A DNA stretch of 50,871 bases, filler included, from Jimgerdemannia flammicorona (Eukaryota), in NCBI GenBank assembly GCA_003990765.1. It is 2 parts of 2 records of this genome, joined end to end, with 100 filler letters (N's around TTAATTAATTAA, not from the genome) between each part and the next. Parts side by side here need not be neighbours in the genome. Positions count along the whole stretch, not along the records: positions 25,489 to 50,871 come from RBNJ01000839.1; 1 more part is not named here. One strand, 5' to 3'. The translations under genes and the position numbers were made by a program. The notes beneath the pieces were generated by a model. It did not search any database and was not told where the DNA came from. It saw only the letters and a program-made list of their open reading frames with translations. Of this stretch, positions 48,001-50,871 are shown piece by piece; position 1 is the first letter of the stretch; every line of letters begins with the position of its first letter.

Positions 48001-50871
48001 AGGGGTACTGGAGGGAAGCAGGGAAAGAAAGGTGTGCTCAATGATGGCAGAGAGTACTATGGGCCACACAGTGATTGGTGGCACTCATAGAGAGATGGGC
48101 TGGGGTGCTAGAAGAGTTGGAGGTGATTGATTGGCATATTGTGAGAGTCTGGAAGAAAGTTGAGGAGCTTAAGGATATGTTGCAAAGTGAGGAGGAGGAT
48201 AGGCTGAAGGGGATGGTGGTACAGCTGTGGTGGCAGGGGCTTGAGGAGAGTGAGAGACCTACTAGGTTTTTATCATGAATGCTACAAGTGAGAGGAACAA
48301 AGCAGTGGTGGGATGGAGTCCTGGATGTGGATGAGGAGATGGTGGTAGGGACTCTGGTAATTCTAGGATTGCTGAGGACCCATTGGGAAGAGTTGTAGAG
48401 TGAGGAGGAAGGGGGGGTGGATGCTTTGGACATTGAGAGGCAGCTGGGAGATTGGCACCTAAATCCTGCATTTGGCCTGGGGGCTTTGGAAGACCCAGTG
48501 AGAGGTGAGGTAATTTGCAAGGTTTTGGCTATGACAAGTAAGGGGATGACTCTGGGGGAGGATGGGCTTCCCTGGGATTTTTGGAAGAAGATGGCTGGAG
48601 TGGGTGAGGTATTGGAGGAAATGACCATTATGTGTGGTGAGATTCTTCAATCTGGAACTTAGATAGGGGGCCAGCACCTAGGGCTGGTCTCCTTGCTCTT
48701 CAAGAATAAGGGGAGATGGGAAGAATGGAAGAACTGGCAGCCAATTATGCTTCTTGACATGGACTGCAAACTGGTGATAAAGATATTAGTGATGAGATTA
48801 CAGAAAATTGCTCAGCAAGTGCTTGGTGTAGAACAAAGAGGATTTGTCAGGGGCTGGTTAATCTGTGATGGGATGGCTTGGGTGCATGGTGTGATTGAAG
48901 GAGCCCAGGCTGCAGGAGTAGATGGCTATTTGGTTTTTTTGGATCAGGAGAAGACATTATGATAGAGTGAGGAGGGTCTGGTTGGAGGGAGTGTTGAAAT
49001 AGATTGGTGTTCCCCTGGGAGTCTATGGGTTATTGATCAGCCTTCTGGAGAACAGTCAGGCTACACTGGTAGTCAATGGCCACAGGGGGGTAGTCTTTCC
49101 TCTTGGTTGAGGAGTGCCACAGGGTGACCCATTGTCACTGATCCTATATACCCTCTCCCTGGAGCCTGTACTGGACAGGATCTGGCATTGAGTTGGGGGT
49201 TTAGACATTCTAGGGATAAATTGGAAGGTGGGGGCCTTTGTGGATGATATGGTGGTTGGACTGGACTCATTGACAGATGTGGGGGAATTATATCAGTCTG
49301 TTGAATGGTATGAGAGAGGCTCTGGTGCTCAACTCAATTGGTACAAATGTGAGACCCTGGTGCTGGGAGGTGGAATCATTGGTGGTGATGTGATTGGGAC
49401 AGTGGTGCCAGCAGGAGAACCAGTGTACTACTTGGAGATCTACTTCTCAGTGTTTGGATCACTTCTTCCCCATACTTGGTGGGACCAACGACTTCTAGAG
49501 TGGGGAAATATCCTTCTGTGATGAGGTGGTCAGCATATATCCTTGGCTGGAAGGGTGATGGTGCTGAATGTATACTGGCTACCAAAACTGTGATATGTGG
49601 GATATCATCTGGACTTCCCAGCTTGGGTGGTCAAGAGGCTATTGAAATTAGTGAGATTGTGGGTCTGGAGAGGGCGGCAAAGTCAGATAGGTTGGAAGGT
49701 TCTTACCCTACCAGTAGAGAAGGGTGGGCTGAGTTTAGTGGACTTTACTAAATGGCTTCATTGCTTGAGAGCCTGGTGGCTGAGGAGGGCAAGTGAGCTG
49801 CAGGGTCTGGAGTGGGTGCCACTCATGCAGAGGGTGTGGGAGGCCTGATATTCCCCTCATGGAGCTTCTGGTGATCTGCTTGTGATGGTGGCTATGGATG
49901 GGAGCCAGAGGATGTGATATAAGAGTTTCTGGTAGGGGGTGGTGAATAGTGCTAAGTGAATTGGACTTCAGTGGCAGGGGGATAAAGGAGAGGAGGTTTG
50001 GAGACTACAGATATAGCATTGGGACAGGCTACTGCTGGGAGGTGTTTTGGTGGAGAACTTCAAGCTTAGTGATGGTATGGAGTGTTTGCAGGGCTTGGGT
50101 GGCGATCTTTGGCCTGTAGCCTGGCAGAGAGTTGAGATTGGAGAGGAGTGGGACTGGAATGGTCTCTGGCTTTGGAGCAAGCAGGTGTCTCAGTGGCTGC
50201 CTCCCAAGATCTGGGTAGTATGGTGGCGAGTTCTATGGTGGAATGTGATGCTGAACTATCAGTCTGGGCACTTAGTGGCCAGTGGTACATTTGAGTGTGA
50301 GGAATGCTTCAATGTTGGACAGAAAGGAGGAGTGATACAAATGCCTGAACATTGGCTTAGTAAGTGTGACATTTTGGAGTTGTTTTGGGGATGTATCACA
50401 GACTGGTTAGGGCTGTAAGCCCTGGTGGGAGAAGAAGGGGGGAGATGGGGAGAGCTCTGCCAATGGCTGGTCAGAGGGATTGGGGATGAATGGCTGACCC
50501 TTGGTTGGGCCCTGGCTATATAGGTGGGGATAGCTGGGCATTGGGTATATATATTTGAGAAGAGTCACTGAGTTGGAGTTGGGGATAGGGTGGCATATTG
50601 AGAATAGTTATTACTGGATATTTTGAATGGCTGGTAGTGAGGGTGGGGGCTGGATAGGGGGAGTCACAGAGGTTTGATACAGTGTATCTTTAGGAAAAGT
50701 GGTGGGAGGATCTGGGTGATGGGCGACTGGGTTGTCCTCTAGCAGGGGGGAGTAGAGGAGAGAGGGAGGGATCCAAGGGGTATTGGCTGAGGGGATGGGG
50801 TGGTATTGTATTGTATTATTGTTATTATAGACAGCAGTAATAAAGAGAAGTGTCCAAGTGACTATAAAAAA
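45090..50871 (+). mobile_element. Near full-length L1/Tx1-like non-LTR retrotransposon, decayed
   Basis: ORF1 from ATG 45182, ORF2 from ATG 47125, 3' AATAAA and GTCCAAGTGACTAT-poly(A) at the window end. The 5' boundary is approximate. Confidence 0.92.
47125..50740 (+). pseudogene. LINE ORF2: APE endonuclease, reverse transcriptase, C-terminal Cys/His region
   Basis: FSLNMNRL..IFEWLK..DLFLLQDVH, DFN, SRID, SDH; NWQPIMLLDMDCKL, QRGFVRG, FLDQEK, GVPQGDPLS, AFVDDMVV; CEEC..EHWLSKC. Many stops. Confidence 0.9.

Overview
Eukaryotic, fungal-type DNA (short GT-AG introns, CTAAC branch sites; an early-diverging fungus is my inference, not shown). A 100-nt scaffold spacer at 25389-25488 means the two halves may not be truly adjacent. 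The only clearly intact gene is a two-exon KDM3/JMJD1-type JmjC histone demethylase (16648-19923), preceded by a pseudogenised tandem paralog. From about 20.5 kb the window is mostly a CpG-depleted transposon graveyard with many C>T/G>A changes. It holds a chromodomain Ty3/Gypsy, a dUTPase-bearing Ty3/Gypsy, a probable solo LTR split by a Tc1 element, a foldback MITE, three L1/Tx1-like LINE 5' ends or copies, and four tiny poly(A) retro-insertions with target-site duplications (TSDs). SDR and ankyrin gene relics are also present. Main discovery: three different LTR elements each carry a decayed, mutually homologous, non-gag/pol/env accessory ORF (Yx-IG-xxL followed by an ARK/AKK/DR-xxx-LF/IF/IY helix). 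Two copies lie inside the LTR U3 region and one lies between integrase and the polypurine tract (PPT). The ORF track misses them because of C>T stops. All alignments were done by eye.
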